From Camelus ferus (Eukaryota): 64,000 bases of DNA. Below the pieces are notes generated by a model. It was not told the DNA's origin and ran no database searches. It worked only from the letters and a program-made list of their open reading frames with translations. A program made the position numbers and the translations under genes. Below are positions 40,701-54,800 of the stretch, piece after piece; within the stretch, counting starts at the first letter, position 1, and each line of letters begins with the position of its first letter. Location of the stretch: positions 119,476,001-119,540,000 of the forward strand of contig NC_045697.1 in the NCBI RefSeq assembly GCF_009834535.1, in the 5' to 3' direction.

Positions 40701-43700
40701 ACTGAGCATGTGGAGAGACGTTCGTTCATCTAGCAACAAGAGAACGGGTTGCAGGAGATACTTTTACTCTGGTTTCTCATTCTGTTTCCTAGTGCCAGTT
40801 TGAATTTCCTGCAATTTTCACTGTAAAACAGAGTTGGAGCTAGACCCTTCCCATATATATATATATGGAGTGGAGTATGCAACTGAAAGAAACATTGTGT
40901 TCCCAACAAGCTAGGTGAAGGACGGCTTACATACACATTTATCTCTCAGAACTGAGCATGTGGAGAGACGTTCGTTCATCTAGCAAAAAGGGAACGGGTT
41001 GCAGTAGAAACTTTAACTCTGGTTTCTCAGTATTTTTCCTAGTACTGGTTTGAAGTTTCTACAATTTTCAATGTAAAACCTAGTTTGAGCTAGTACCTCC
41101 CCATATATAGGTATGGAGTGTAGTTTGCAACTTACAATATACTTTGTGTTCCCAACAAGCCAGGTGAAAAACGGCTTTCACACAAAATTATCTCTGAGAA
41201 ATGAGCATGGGGTGAGACTTTCGTTCATCTTGCAAAAACGGAACGGTTTGCAGGAGAAACTCTTACTCTGATTTCTCAGTATTTTACCTAGATTCCATTT
41301 GAAGTTCCTGCAGTTTTCACTGTAAAATAGAGGTGGAGATTGTACCTCCCCATATATATGTATGGAGTGTAGTTTGCAACTGAAAAGGAACTATGTGTTC
41401 CCAACAAGCTAGGTAAAATACGGCTTTCACACACATTTATCTCTCAGAACTGAGAATGTGGAAAGAATTTCGTTCATGTATCACAAAGGGAAATGGTGGC
41501 TGTATAAACTTTTGCTCTGTTTTCTCAGTCTGTTTCATTGTTCCAGTTTGAATTTCCTGCAGTTTTCACTTTAAACCCGATTGGGAGCTAGTACTTCTCC
41601 ATATATATGTATGGAGTGGAATTTGCAAATGAAAAGATACTTTGTGTTCCCAACAAGCTAGGTGAAGGACGGATTTCCCTCACAATTATATTTCATAACA
41701 GTGCATGTGGAGAGAATTTCGTTCATCTCGCACAAAAGGATCGGGTTGCAGGAGAAACTTTTACTCTGGGTTCTCAGTCTGTTTACTTGTGCCGGTTTGA
41801 AATTCCCACATTTTTCACTTTAAAAAGTTTTGGATCTCTTACCTCCGCATATATATGTATGGTGTGGTGTTTGCAACTGAAAAGAAACTATGTGTTCCCA
41901 ACAAGCTAGGTGAAGGACGGCTTTCACACACAATTATCTCTCAGAACTGAGCATGTGGAGAGACGTTCGTTCATCTAGCACAAAGGAAACAGGTTGCAGG
42001 AGTAACTTTTACTCTGGTATCTAAGTCTGTATCTTAGTGCTGGTTTGAAGTTCCTGCAGTTTTCACTGTAAAACAGAGTTGGAACTAGTACCTGCCCATA
42101 TATATTTATGGAGTTGGGATAGCAACTGAAAAGAAACTTTGTGTTCTCAACAAGCTAGTTGAAAGACGGCTTTAACAAACACTTATCTCTCAGAACTGAA
42201 CATGTGGTAAGACGTTCGTTCATCTAACACAAATGGAAATGGTTGCAGTAGAAACTTTTACTCTGGTTTCTCACTCTGTTTCCTAGTTCCAGTTTGATGT
42301 TCCTGCAGTTTTCACTGTAAAACCGAATTGGAGCTTGTAACTCCCCGTATATATGAATGGAGTGGAGTTTGCAACTGAAAAAAACCTTTTTGTTCCCAAC
42401 ATTCTAGGAGAAGGACGTCTTTCACACACCCTTATCTCTCAGAACTGAGCATGTGGAGAGACGTTTGTTCATCTAGCACAAAGGGAACAGGTTGCAGGAG
42501 AAATTTTTACTCTGGTTCCTCAGTCTGTTTCCTAGTGCCGGTTTGAATTTCCTGCAGTTTTCACTGTAAAACTGAGTTAGAGTAGTACTTCCCTATATAT
42601 CTGTAAGGGTTGGAGTTTGCACCTGAAAGAAACTTTGTGTTCCCAACAAGCTATGTGAAGGATGGCTTTCACAAACACTTAACTCTCAGAAATGAGCATG
42701 TGGAGAGACGTTCGTTCATCTAGCACCAAGGGAACGGGTTGCAGGAGAAAAGTTTACTCTAGTTTCACAGTCTGTTTCCAAGTGCCAGTTTGAATTTCCT
42801 ACAGTTTTCATTGTAAAAGAGTTGGATCTACTACCTCCCCATATGTATGTATGGAGGGTAATTTGCAACTGAAAAGAAACTTTGTGTTTCCTACAAGCCA
42901 GGTGAAGGAGGACTTTCACACACACATATCTCTCAGAACTGAGAATGTGGAGAGAAGATTGTTCATTCAGCACAAAGTGAAATGTTTGCATAAAAACATT
43001 TGCTCTGGTTTCTCAGTCTGTTTCCTTGTTACAGTTTGAAGTTCCTGCTGTTTTCACTGTAAAACGGATTTGCAGCTTTTACCACCCATATATAAGTTTT
43101 GAGTTTAGTTTGCACCTGAAAAGAAACATTGTGTTCCCAACAAGCTAGGTGAAGGACGGCTTTCATACACACATATATTTCTCAGAACTTAGCATGTGCT
43201 GACACGTTTGTTCATCTAGCAAAAAGGGAACCGTTTTAAGGAAAACTTTTAGTCTGTTTTCTCAGTTTGTTTACAAATGGCAGTTTGAATTTCCTGAAGT
43301 TTTCACTTTAAACCGTGTTGGAAATTGTACATACACATATATATGTATGGAGTGTAGTTTGCATCTCTAAAGAAACTTTGTGTCATAACATGCTAGGTGA
43401 ATGACTGCTTCACACACACTTACCTCACAGAAATGAACATGTGGAGAGACGTTCATTCATCTAGCACAACGGGAACTTGTTGAAGGAGAAAATTTTCACA
43501 GGTTTCTCAGTCTGTTTCCTAGCCCCTTTTATAATTCCTGCAGTTTTCACTGTAAACGGAGTTGGAGTTTTACCTCCTCAAATATATTTATGGATTGTAT
43601 TATGAAACTGAAAAGAAACTTTGTGTTCCCAAAAATCTAGGTGAAGAACGGCTTTCACACACATTTATCTCTCAGAATTGAGCATGGGGAGAGACATACG

Positions 43701-45796
43701 TTCATCAGCATAAATGGAAAGGGTTGCAGTAGAAACTTTTACTCTGGTTTCTCAGTATTTTTCATAGTACCGGTTTGAAGTTCCTACAGTTTTTCAATGT
43801 AAAACCTAGTTGAACTAGTACCTCCCCATATATATGTATGGAGTGTAGTTTGCAACTTAAAATATACTTTGTGTTCCCAACAAGCTAGGTGAAAGACGGC
43901 TTTCACACACACTTATCTCTCAGAAATGAGCATGGGGTGAGACTTTCGTTCATCTTGCACAAACGGAACTGTTTGCAGGAGAAATTATTACTCTGGTTTC
44001 TCAGTATTTTTCCTAGATTCCATTTGAATTTCCTTCAGTTTTCACTGTAAAATCGAGGTGGAAATTGTACCTCCCATATATATGTATGGAGTGTAGTTTG
44101 CAACTGAAAAGAAATTTTGTGTTCCCACAAACAAGGTAAAGTACGGCTTTCAAACTCAGTTATCTCTCAGAACTGACAATGTGGAAAGGAATTTCGTTCA
44201 TGTATACAAAGGGAAATGGGTTGCTGTATAAACTTTGGCTCTGTTTTCTCAGTCTGTTTCATTGTTCCAGTTTGAATTTCCTGCAGTTTTCACTTTAAAA
44301 CCCGATTGGGAGCTAGTACTTCCCAATATATAGGTATGGAGTGGAGTTTGCAAATGAAAGAAAACTGTGTCCCCAACAATCTAGGTGAAGGACGGTTTTC
44401 ACTCACAATTATATTTCATAACAGTGCATGTGGAGAGAAATTCGTTCATCTCGCACAAATGGATCGGGTTGCAGGAGAAACTTTTACTCTGGGTTCTCAG
44501 TCTGTTTCCTTGTGGCCGGTTTGATATTCCCACATTTTTCACTGTAAAACCGAATTGGATCTCTTACCTCCCCATATATATGGATGGAATTTAGTTTGCA
44601 ACTGAACAGAAACTTTCTGTTCCCAACAAGCTATGTGAAGGACGGTTTCACACACTCTTATCTCTCAGAACTGAGCATGGGGAAAGACTTTCGTTCATCT
44701 AGCACAAAGGAAAATGTTTGCAGGAGAAAATTTACTGTGGTTTCTCAGTCTGTTTCCTACATTTGTTTCCAATTTCCTGTATTTTTCACTGTAAAAGCCT
44801 GTTGGAGATAGTACCTACCCATATAAATGTATGGGATTTTAGTTTGGAATTGAAAAGTACTTTGTTTTCCCAACAAGCTAGTTTGACTACGCTTTCACAC
44901 ACACATATCTCTCAGACATGAGCATGGGGAGAGAAGTTCGTTTATCTAACAGAAATGGGAACTGGTTGCAAGAGAAACTATTACTATGATTCTCAGTCTG
45001 TTTCCTATTTCCGGTTGGATTTTCTGCGTTTTTCACTGTAAAGCAGAGTTGAAGCTGGTTCCTCCCCATATATACGTAGGACAGAATTTTGCAACCAAAA
45101 GAAAACTTTTTGTTTCCAACAAGCTAGGTAAGGACGGCTTTCACACACCTTATCTCTCAGAATGAGCATGCGGAGAGACGTACGTTCATCTAGCACAAAA
45201 GGAACGGTATGCAGGAAACTTTAACTTTGGTTTCTCAGTCTGTTTCCTGGTGCCAGTTTGAAGTTCCTGCAGTTTCACTGTAAAACCGAGTTGGAGCTAG
45301 TACTCCCCATATAGTATGGATTGGAGTTGCACCTTAAAAGAAACTTTGTGTTCCCAACAAGTTAAATGAAGGACGGCTTTCACACCTCTTACCTCTCAGA
45401 ACTGAGCATGAGGAGAGTCGTTCTTTCATCTAGCACAAAGGGAACGGTTTGCAGAAGAAACTTTTACACTGGTTTCTCAGTCTGTTTCCTAGTCGGTTAG
45501 AAGTTCCTGCAGTTTTTCACTGTAAAACGGAGTGGAGCTTGTACCTCCCCGTAATATGAATGGAGCGGAGTTTGCAAATGAAAGAACCTTTTGTTCCCAA
45601 CATTCTAGGTGAAGGACGTCTTTCAAACACCATTATCCTCTGAAATGAGGTTGTGGGAGACCTTTGTTCATCTAGAACAAAGGGAACAGGTTCAGGAGAA
45701 ACTTTTACTTGGTTTCTCAGTGTTTCCTAGTGCCAGTTAGAAGTTCCTGCAGTTTTCACTGTAAAACCGAGGTGGAGTAGTACTCCCTATATATGT
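22761..45796 (-). repeat. SatA array in inverted orientation (~93 monomers)
   Basis: Reverse-complement motifs (ttcatctagc, ttttcactgtaaaa, tgtgttcccaacaagctagg) recur every ~248 bp. Confidence 0.97.
22761..45796 (-). repeat. SatA 60-mer super-HOR, ~14.88-kb period, about 1.6 copies seen
   Basis: Identical ORF translations are offset by 14877-14880 (23753/38630, 25294/40174, 25852/40730, 27974/42851). I counted 60 monomers between equivalent positions ~22865 and ~37752. Confidence 0.9.
28337..35290 (-). repeat. Internal duplication with 17-monomer spacing (~4212 bp) inside the 60-mer
   Basis: ORF twins at 28337/32550, 28545/32758, 30174/34387 and 30786/34998 (offset 4212-4213). Confidence 0.85.
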
Positions 45797-45896
45797 NNNN
45801 NNNNNNNNNNNNNNNNNNNNNNNNNNNNNNNNNNNNNNNNNNNNNNNNNNNNNNNNNNNNNNNNNNNNNNNNNNNNNNNNNNNNNNNNNNNNNNNN
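45797..45896. other. Assembly gap (100 N)
   Basis: Run of exactly 100 N at the SatA/SatB boundary. Confidence 0.99.
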
Positions 45897-48800
45897 AAAC
45901 CCCTAGCTTACCCCTACAGCCCGGCCTGGGGGAAAACTCAGGGATAATATGCTATTGATTGTATTGGAACCCAGTCGCTAACTACCGTTGTAGGAAACAT
46001 CCCACAACTAGGATAAAGAAGAAATCTTTGTGGGGCTGATGGACATGTGTAAACAAACTCCACGCATGTTTCGTGGGGCACAGGTTTTCCAAGGCTGTGG
46101 GACGTCGGAAAAACACCTCAAATTTTCATGGGGAGTAACTTGCTGCTTCTACGAATTTCAGCCCAACCCACAGCTTTACCTCGCAACCAGGCCTGTGAAA
46201 ACAATCACGGAAAAGGAAATACTGGTGCTATTATATCCCAGGCGCTGTTCACAGTTGTAGAAACCTCCCCACACTCAGGATAGCGGAACACATCTTTGTG
46301 TGTATGATGGTTTAGGAAAATACACTCCACGCATGTTTTGGGGTTACAGCTGTTCCCAGGTTTGGAGATGTCGCCTAATTACCTCCACTGCCAATGGGGA
46401 GGCACTCTCTAATTCTTCGCTTTCCAGACCAACTCCCAAATATCCCTTGCAGCCCGGCCTAAGAAAACAGCTATATATGACAATATTAGTGATTCTATTA
46501 GAACCCCGCAACTGCTGTCGGTTGGAGGTTCCCAACACACTCAAAATTCCGGAACACGGCTTTGCTAGGGTGAGGTGTGGAGCCCCACACCACACAGATG
46601 CCTGGGAGCACAGGAATTCCTTGTTTATGAGAAGTCTGCTAATTACGTATACAGTCAATCTCTAGGCACTTATTGCTACTTGGCTTTCCAGGCGAACCCA
46701 CAATTTTCCATCGCAGCCAGCCCTGGAAAACACTCAGAAGAAATAATCTAGTGGTTCTAATGGAACACAAGCACTGCACACCGTTGTAGGATCTATCGCA
46801 CACGCAGGATAACAGAACATGTTTTGTGTCTGATTGAGATGGTAAAACCTCCACGCATGTTTCAGGGGGTACAGGTGTTCCTAAGTTGTGGGAGGTCAGA
46901 TAATTCCCACTACTGCCCATGGGGAGGAAATCGCTCCTGCTTGGCTTTCCAGCCCATCTCCAGTTTCCCTTGCAACCCAGCCTGAGAGAACACTCAGAAA
47001 ATGTAGCTTAATATTTAATTAGAACCCACGTGTTGCTGATAGTTGAAGAAACCTCCCAATACACAGGGTAACAGAACACTGATTTGTGTGTGTTATGTAT
47101 TAGGAAAACACTCTACATGCAAGTCTCTGGGGTGCAGGTTTAACCAGGTTGGGAGACGTTGGCTAATTATCTGCAGATTCCATGGGGAGGCACTCTGTTT
47201 TCTGCATTTTCCAGCACTCCTCCCAGCTTTCCCTTGCAGCCCGGGTTAGAAAACCACAGAGGGATGACAGACTAAGTGATTCTATCAGAACCATGGCGCT
47301 GCTGTCTGTTGGAGGGACCTCCAAACACACAGGATTCCCAAAGAAGGCTTTGCTTGTGTTAGTTTTGAAGCCCCAAACCAAACACATAGCTGCGGGCACA
47401 AGTTGTTCCCTGTTAGGGGAAGTCCGCTAATTACCTCTAAATACCATATCGTGGGCTCTCCCTGCTACTTGGATTTCCAGCACAACCCCCAGGTTTCACT
47501 TGCAGCCCGGCCTGGGCTAACACACAGGGAAAAGGAGCTACTGGTGCTATTAGAACCCATGCGCATGCGACAATTGTGGCAAACCTTCGAACACTCAGGA
47601 TAACAGAACACATCTTTCTGTGTGTGATGGTGTAGGAAAACACACGTCCAGGCATTTTTTGGGGGATCCAGGTTTTCCCAGGTTGGGAGATGTCGGCTAG
47701 TTTCCTTCGATGCTCATGGGGAGTCACTGTCTTCTTCTTCATTTTCAAGCCCAACTCCCAGCTTTCCCTTGTAGCCCGGACTAGTGAAACACCCAGGGAT
47801 GAAAAATAAATGATTCTATCAGTACCCCGGCGTTGCTGTCTGTTGGAGGATCCTCCAAACCCTCAGGATTCTGGAACAAGTCTTTGCATGTTGGGAGAAG
47901 TGGAGCCCCAATCCACGCAGAAGGATGGGGTCACAGATTTGTCCCTGTTAGGGAGACGTCCGCTAATTAACTCCACAGTACGTTTTGGGGAACTCGATGC
48001 TTCTTGGCTTTTCAGCCAATCCCTAGATTTCACTCACAGCGCGGCTTTTGAAAACACTCAGGGAAAGTAAGCTAGGGTTCTATAGGAACCCAGGTGCTGC
48101 AAACAGTTGGTACCTCCCCACACTCAGGGTAACAGAACAATTCTTCGAGTGTCTGATAGAGATGGGTAAACTAACTCCACCCATGTTACAGGTGGTACAG
48201 GCGTTCTTAGGTTGTGGAAGTTCGTATAATTACCTCCACTGTCCATGGGGAGGCCCTTGCAGTTGCTTGGATTTCCAGCCCTACCCCCAGCGTTTCCTCG
48301 CAGTCCGGCCTGGGAAAAACTCAGGGAATAATAGCTACAGGTTCTGTTAGAACAATGTTGCTCCTGAAAGTTGTAGAAACCTCAACACACTAAGGAAAAG
48401 AGAACACTTCTTTGTGTGTGTGATGGAGTAGGAAAATACAATAAAGGCATGTTCCTGGGGTGCAGGTGTTCCCAGGATGGGAGATTTTGGCTAATTACCT
48501 CCACTGCCCATGGGGAGGCACTCTGATTTTCTTCGTTTTCCAGCCCTACTCCCAGCTTTCCCTTGCTGCACGGGATAGGAATACACACAGGGATGAAAAA
48601 CTAAGTAATTCTATCAGAACCCCGGCCCTGCTGTCAGTTGCAGGAACCTCCACACACACAGGATTCCCAAACACGGCTTTGATTGGGGAGTTGTGAAGCC
48701 CCACTCCACACACATGGCTGGGGGCACAAGTATTTCCCTGTTTTTGAGAAGTCAGTTAATTACATCCAAAGTGCATCTTGGGGCACTCGCTGCTTCTTGG

Positions 48801-51800
48801 CTTTTCAGCCAATTCCCCAGATTTCACTCTCAGCCCGGTCTCGGAAAACACTCAGGGAAGGAAAGCTACAAGTTCTATTAGGACCCAGGCGGTCCTGACA
48901 GTTGTATAAACCTCAATATACTAAGGATACAGGATAAACCTTTGTGTGTGTGATGGAGTAGGAAAACACACTAAAGGCATGATTCTGGGGTGCAGGTGTT
49001 CCCAGAATGGGAGATTTTCGCTAATTACCTCCTCTGCCCATGGGGAAGCACTCTCTTCACTTCAATTTCCAGCCCTAATCCTAGCATTGCCTTGCAGCCC
49101 GACCGTGGAAAACACGCAGGGATTACAAATCTAAGGCATTCTGTCAGAACAAGGGCGCATTTGTCTGTTGGAGGAACCTTCAAACACTCACGATTTCGGA
49201 AGACGGCTTTGTTAGGAAGCCCCACTGCACACTCACTGCTGGGGGCACATGATTTTCCCTGTTTGGGAGAAATCTGCTAATTATATCCATATTCCATCTA
49301 GGGGCACTCGCTGCTACTTGGCTTTCCATAACAACCCCCAGCATTCCCTCACAGCCTGGCCTGGGGAAACACTCAGGGATAATATGCTATTGGTTGTTTT
49401 GGAACCCAGGCGCTACCTACATTTGTAGGAAACATCCCACAACTAGGATATCAGAAGAAATATTTGTGGGGCTGATGGAGATTGGTAAACAAACTCCACG
49501 CATGTTTCGGGGGGCACAGGTGTTCCAAGGCTGTGGGACGTCTGAAAAACACCTCAAATTTTTATGGGGAGTAACTTGCTGCTTCTACGAAATTCAGCCC
49601 AACCCACAGATTTACCTCGCAGACAGGCCTGTGAAAACAATCACGGAAAGAAAATACTGGTGCTATTATATCCCAGGCGCTGTTATCAGTTGCAGAAACC
49701 TCCCCACACTCAGGATAGCGGAACACAACTTTTTATGTATGATGGTTTATGAAAATACACTCCAGGCATGTTTATGGGTGTACAGCTGTTCCCAGGTTTG
49801 GAGATGTCGACTAATTACCTCCACTGCCAATGGTGAGGCACTCTCTAGTTCTTCGCTTTCCAGACCAACTCCCAAATATCCCTTGCAGCCTGGCCTAAGA
49901 GAACACCTAGATATGACAATATTAGTTATTCTATCAGAACCCCGTCGTTGCTGTCGGTTGGAGGTACGCAACACATTCAAAATTCCAGAACACGGGTTTG
50001 TTTGGGGGAAGTGTGGAGACCCACACCACACACATGCCTGGGGGCACAGGAATTCCCTGTTTATGACAAGTCCGCTAATTACCTCTACAGTCAATCTCTA
50101 GGCACTTGTTGATACTTGGCTTTCCAGCCGAACCCCCATCTTTCCCCCGTAGCCGGCCCTGGAAGACACTCAGAGGAAATAAGCTAGTTATTCTAATGGA
50201 ACGCAGGCACTGCAGACCGTTGTAGAAACCACCGCACACGAAGGATAACAGAACATATTTTTGTGTCTGACTGAGATGGTAAAACCTCCACGCATGTTTC
50301 AGGGGGTACAGGTGTTCCTAATATGTGGGAGGTCAGATACTTCCCACTACTGTCCATGGGGAGGAAATCGCTAATGCTTGGCTTTCCAGCCCATCCCCAA
50401 ATTCCCTTGCAACCCAGCTTGAGAGAACACTCAGAAAATGTAGCTTAAATTTTAATTAGAACCCAGGCGCTGCTGACAGTTTTAGAAACGTCCCAATACA
50501 CAGGGTAACAGAACACTTCTTTGTGTGTGTTATGTAGTAGGAAAACACACTCCATGCATGTTTCTGGGGTGCAGGTTTAACCAGGTTGTGATACGTTGGC
50601 TAATTATCTCCAGAGACCATGGGGAGGCACTCTGTTTTTATTGGTTTTCCATCCCTACTCCCAGGTTTCCCTTGCAGCCCGAGTTAGGAAAAGACCCAGG
50701 GATGACAGACTAAGTGATTGTATAAGAACCCTGGCGCTGCTGTCTGTTGGAGGGACCTCCAAACACACAGGATTCCCAAAGAAGGCTTTGCTTGTGTGAG
50801 TTGTGAAGCCCCACACCACACACATGGCTGTGGGCACAAGTTTTTACCTGTTAGGGAGAATTCCGCTAATTACCTCTAAAGTCCATCTCGTGGCACTCTC
50901 TACTACTTGGATTTCCAGCCCAACCCCCAGGTTTCCCTTACAGCCCAGCCTGGGGTAACACACAGTGAAAAGAAGCTACTGGTGCGATTAGAACCCATGC
51001 GCTGAGGACAATTGTGGAAACCTTCGAACACTCAGGATAACAGAACACAACTTTCTGTGTGTGATGGAGTAGGAAAACACACTCCAGGCATTTTTTTGGG
51101 GGATCCAGGTTTTCCCAGGTTGGGAGATGTCGGCTAGTTTCCTTCGATGCTCATGGGGAGTCACTGTCTTCTTCTTCGTTTTCAAGCCCAACTCCCAGCT
51201 TTCCCTTGTAGCCCGGACTAGTGAAACACTCAGGGATGAAAAATAAATGACTTTTATCAGTACCCCGGCGTTGCTGTCTGTTGGTGGATCCTCCAAAACC
51301 TCAGGATTCTGGAACATGTCTTTGCATGTTGGGAGTTGTGGAGCCCCAATCCACGCAGAAGGATGGGGTCACAGATTTGTCCCTCTTAGGGAGAAGTCCG
51401 CTAATTACCCTCCACAGTGGGTCTTGGGGCACTCGCTGCTTCTTGGCTTTTCAGCCAATCCCCCAGAATTCACTCGCAGCCCGGCCTTTGAAAACACTCA
51501 GGGCAAGTAAGCTAGGGTTCTATAGGAACCCAGGTGCTGCAGACAGTTGTAGGAACTTCCCCACACTCAGGATAACAGAACAATTCGTCGAGTGTCTGAT
51601 AGAGATGGGTAAACTAACTCCACGCATGTTTCAGGTGGTAAAGGCGTTCTTAGGTTGTGGAAGTTCTTATAATTAACTCCAATGTCCATGGGGAGGCCCT
51701 TGCAGTTGCTTGTATTTCCAGCCCTACCCCCAGCGTTTCCTCGCAGCCCGGCCTGGGAAAAACTCAGGGAATAAAAGCTACAGTTTCTGTTAGAACAAAG

Positions 51801-54800
51801 TTGCTCCTGAAAGTTGTAGAAACCTCCCCACACTAAGGAAAATCGAACACTCCTTTGTGTGTGTGATGGAGTAGGAAAACACATTAAGGCATGTTTTTGG
51901 GGTGCAGGTGTTCCCAGGATGGGAGATGTTGGCTAATTACCTCCACTGCCCATGGGTATGCACTCTGATTTTCTTCGTTTTCCAGCCCTACTCCCAGCTT
52001 TCCCTTGCTGCACCGGTTATGAAAACACCCAGGGATGACAAACTAAGTACTTCTATGAGAACCCCGGCGCTGCTGTCTGTTGCAGGAACCTCCACAAACA
52101 CAGGATTCCCAAACACGGCTTTGATTGGTGAGTTGTGAAGCCCCACTCCACACACATGGCTGGGGGCACAAGTATTTCCCTGTTATTGAGAAGTCAGTTA
52201 ATTTCCTCCACCGTGCATCTTGGGGCACTCACTGCTTCTTGGATTTTCAGCCAATTCCCCAGATTTCACTCTCAGCCCTGTCTCGGAAAACACTCAGGGA
52301 AGGAAAGCTACAAGTTCTATTAGAACCCAGGCGATCCTGACAGTTGTAGAAACCTCAACATACTAAGTAAAACAGAATACTCTTTGTGTGTGTGATGGAG
52401 TAGGAAAACACACTAAAGGCATGTTTCTGGGGTGCAGGTGTTCCCAGGATGGGAGATGTTGGCTAATTACCCTCCACTGCCAATGTGGAGACACTCACTT
52501 CACTTCGATTTCCAGCCCTAATCCTAGCATTCCCTTGCAGCCCGACCTTGGAAAACACCCAGGGATTAAAAATGTAAGACATTCTGTCAGAACCAGGGCG
52601 CTGCTTTCTGTTGGAGGAACCTCCAAACACTCACGATTCGGGAACACGGCTTTTTTGGGGGGGAGTGCTGATGCCCCACTGCACACTCACTGCTGGGGGC
52701 ACATGATTTTCCCTGTTAGGGAGACTTCTGCTAATTACATCCATAGTCCATCTAGGGTCACTCGCTGCTACTTGGATTTCCATACCATCCCTAGCTTTCC
52801 TTCAGAGCCCGGCCTGGGTAAACACTCAGGGATAATATGTTATTGGTTGTATTGGAACCCAGTCGCTACCTACCGTTGTAGGAAACATCCCACACGTAGG
52901 ATAACAGAAGAAAACTTTGTGGGTCTGATGGAAATGGGTAAACAATCTCCACGCATGTTTCGGGGGGCACAGGTGTTCCAAGGCTGTGGGACGTCGGAAA
53001 AATACCTCAAAATTTCATGGGGAGTAACTTGTTGCTTCTACGAATTTCAGCCGAACCCACAGTTACCTCGCAGCCAGGCCTGTGAAAATAATCACGGAAA
53101 AGAAAATACTGGTGCTATTATATCCCAGGCGCTGTTCACAGGTGTAGAAACCTCCCCACACTCAGGATAGCGGAACACATCTTTGTGTGTATGACGGTTA
53201 AGGAAAATACACTCCAGGCATTTTTCTGTCTGTACAGCTGTTCTCAGGTTTGGAGATGTCGCCTAATTACCTCCACTGCCATTGGGGAGGCACTTTCTAC
53301 TTCTCCGCTTTCCAGACTATCTCCCAAATTTCCCTTGCAGCCCGGCCTAAGAAAACACCTAAATATGACAATATTAGTGATTCTATTCAGAACCCCGTCG
53401 CTGCTGTCGGTTGGAGGTACCCAACACACTCAAAATTCCGGAACACGTCTTTGCTTGGGGAGGTGTAGAACCCAACACCACACAGATGCCTGGGGGCACA
53501 GGAATTCCCTGTTTATGAGAAGTCCGCTCATTACCTCTACAGTCAATCTCTAGGCACTTGTTGCTACTTGACTTTCCAGCCGAACCCCAAGCTTTCCCTC
53601 ACAGCCCGCCCTGGAAAACACTCAGAAGATATAAGCTAGTGGTTCTAATGGAACACAGGCACTGCAGACCCTTGTAGGAACCACCGCACACGCAGGATAA
53701 CAGAACATATTTTTGTGTCTCATTGAGATGGTAAAACCTCCACGCATGTTTCAGGGGGTACAGGTGGTCCTAAGTTGTGGGAGGTAAGATACTTCCCACT
53801 ACTGCCCATGGGGGGAAATAGCTCCTGCTTGGCTTTCCAGCACATCTCCAGGTTCCCTTGCAACCCAGCCTGAGAGAACACTCAGAAAATATAGCTTAAT
53901 TTTTAATTACAACCCAGGTGCTGCTGACAGTTGTAGAAACCTCCCAATACACAGGGTAACAGAACACGTCTTTGTGTGTGTTATGTAGTAGGAAAAGAGA
54001 CTCCATGCATGTTTCTGTGGTGCAGGTTTAACCAGGTTGGGAGACGTTGGCTAATTAACTCCAAAATCCATGGGGAGTCACTCTGTTTTTCATCGTTTCC
54101 AGACCTACTCCTAGCTTTCCCTTGCAGCACGGGTTTGGAAAACACCCAGGGATGACAGACTAAGTGATTCTATCAGAACCCTGGGGCTGCTGTCTGTTGG
54201 AGGCACTTCCAAACACACAGGATTCCCAAAAATGGCTTTGCTTGGGTGAGTTGTGAAGCCCCACATCAAACACATGGCTGGGGGCACAAGTTTTTCCCTG
54301 TTAGGGAGAAGTTCGCTAATTCCCTCTACATTCAATCTCGGGGCACTCCCTGCTACATGGATTTCCAGCCCAACCCCCAGGTTTCCCTTGCAACACGGCC
54401 TGGTGTAACACAGAGAGAAAAGAAGCTACAGGTCCTATTAGAACCCATGCGATGCTGAAAATTGTGGAAACCTTCGAACACTCAGTATAACAGAACACAT
54501 CTTTCTGTGTGTGATGGAGTAGGAAAACACATGCCAGGCATTTTTCTGGGGATCCAGGTTTTCCCAGGTTGGGAGATATCGGCTAGTTTCCTTCACTGCT
54601 CATGGGGAGTCACTGTCTTCTTCTTCGTTTTCAAGCCCAAATCCAAGCTTTCCCTTGTAGCCCGGACTAGTGAAACACCCAGGGATGAAAAATAAATGAT
54701 TCTATCAGTTCCCCGGCGTTGCTTTCTGTTGGAGGATCCTCCAAACCCCCAGGATTCTGGAACAAGTCTTTGCATGTTTGGAGTTGTGGAGCCCCAATCC

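Noticed and set aside
1..45796. CRISPR array or other repeat-spacer system
   Set aside because: The whole monomer is homologous between units. There are no unique spacers and no cas-like genes.
1..45796. Tandem C2H2 zinc-finger or tRNA/5S/snRNA gene array
   Set aside because: There is no 84-bp coding periodicity or HTGEKPY linker, and no recognisable Pol III boxes or RNA gene sequence.
49394..50101. 235-aa ORF
   Set aside because: Chance open frame across ~2.7 SatB monomers, interrupted in the other HOR copies.
52630..52655. CENP-B box-like motif (ttcgggaacacggc; also SatA ttcgttcatctagc)
   Set aside because: Spacing and bases do not fit TTCG-N4-A-N2-CGGG. This was a scan by eye only, so a motif search would be definitive.
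52388..53170. Longest ORF (260 aa)
   Set aside because: It exists only through single-base indels in this copy. The near-identical copies at 55837 and 59285 are split into short ORFs.
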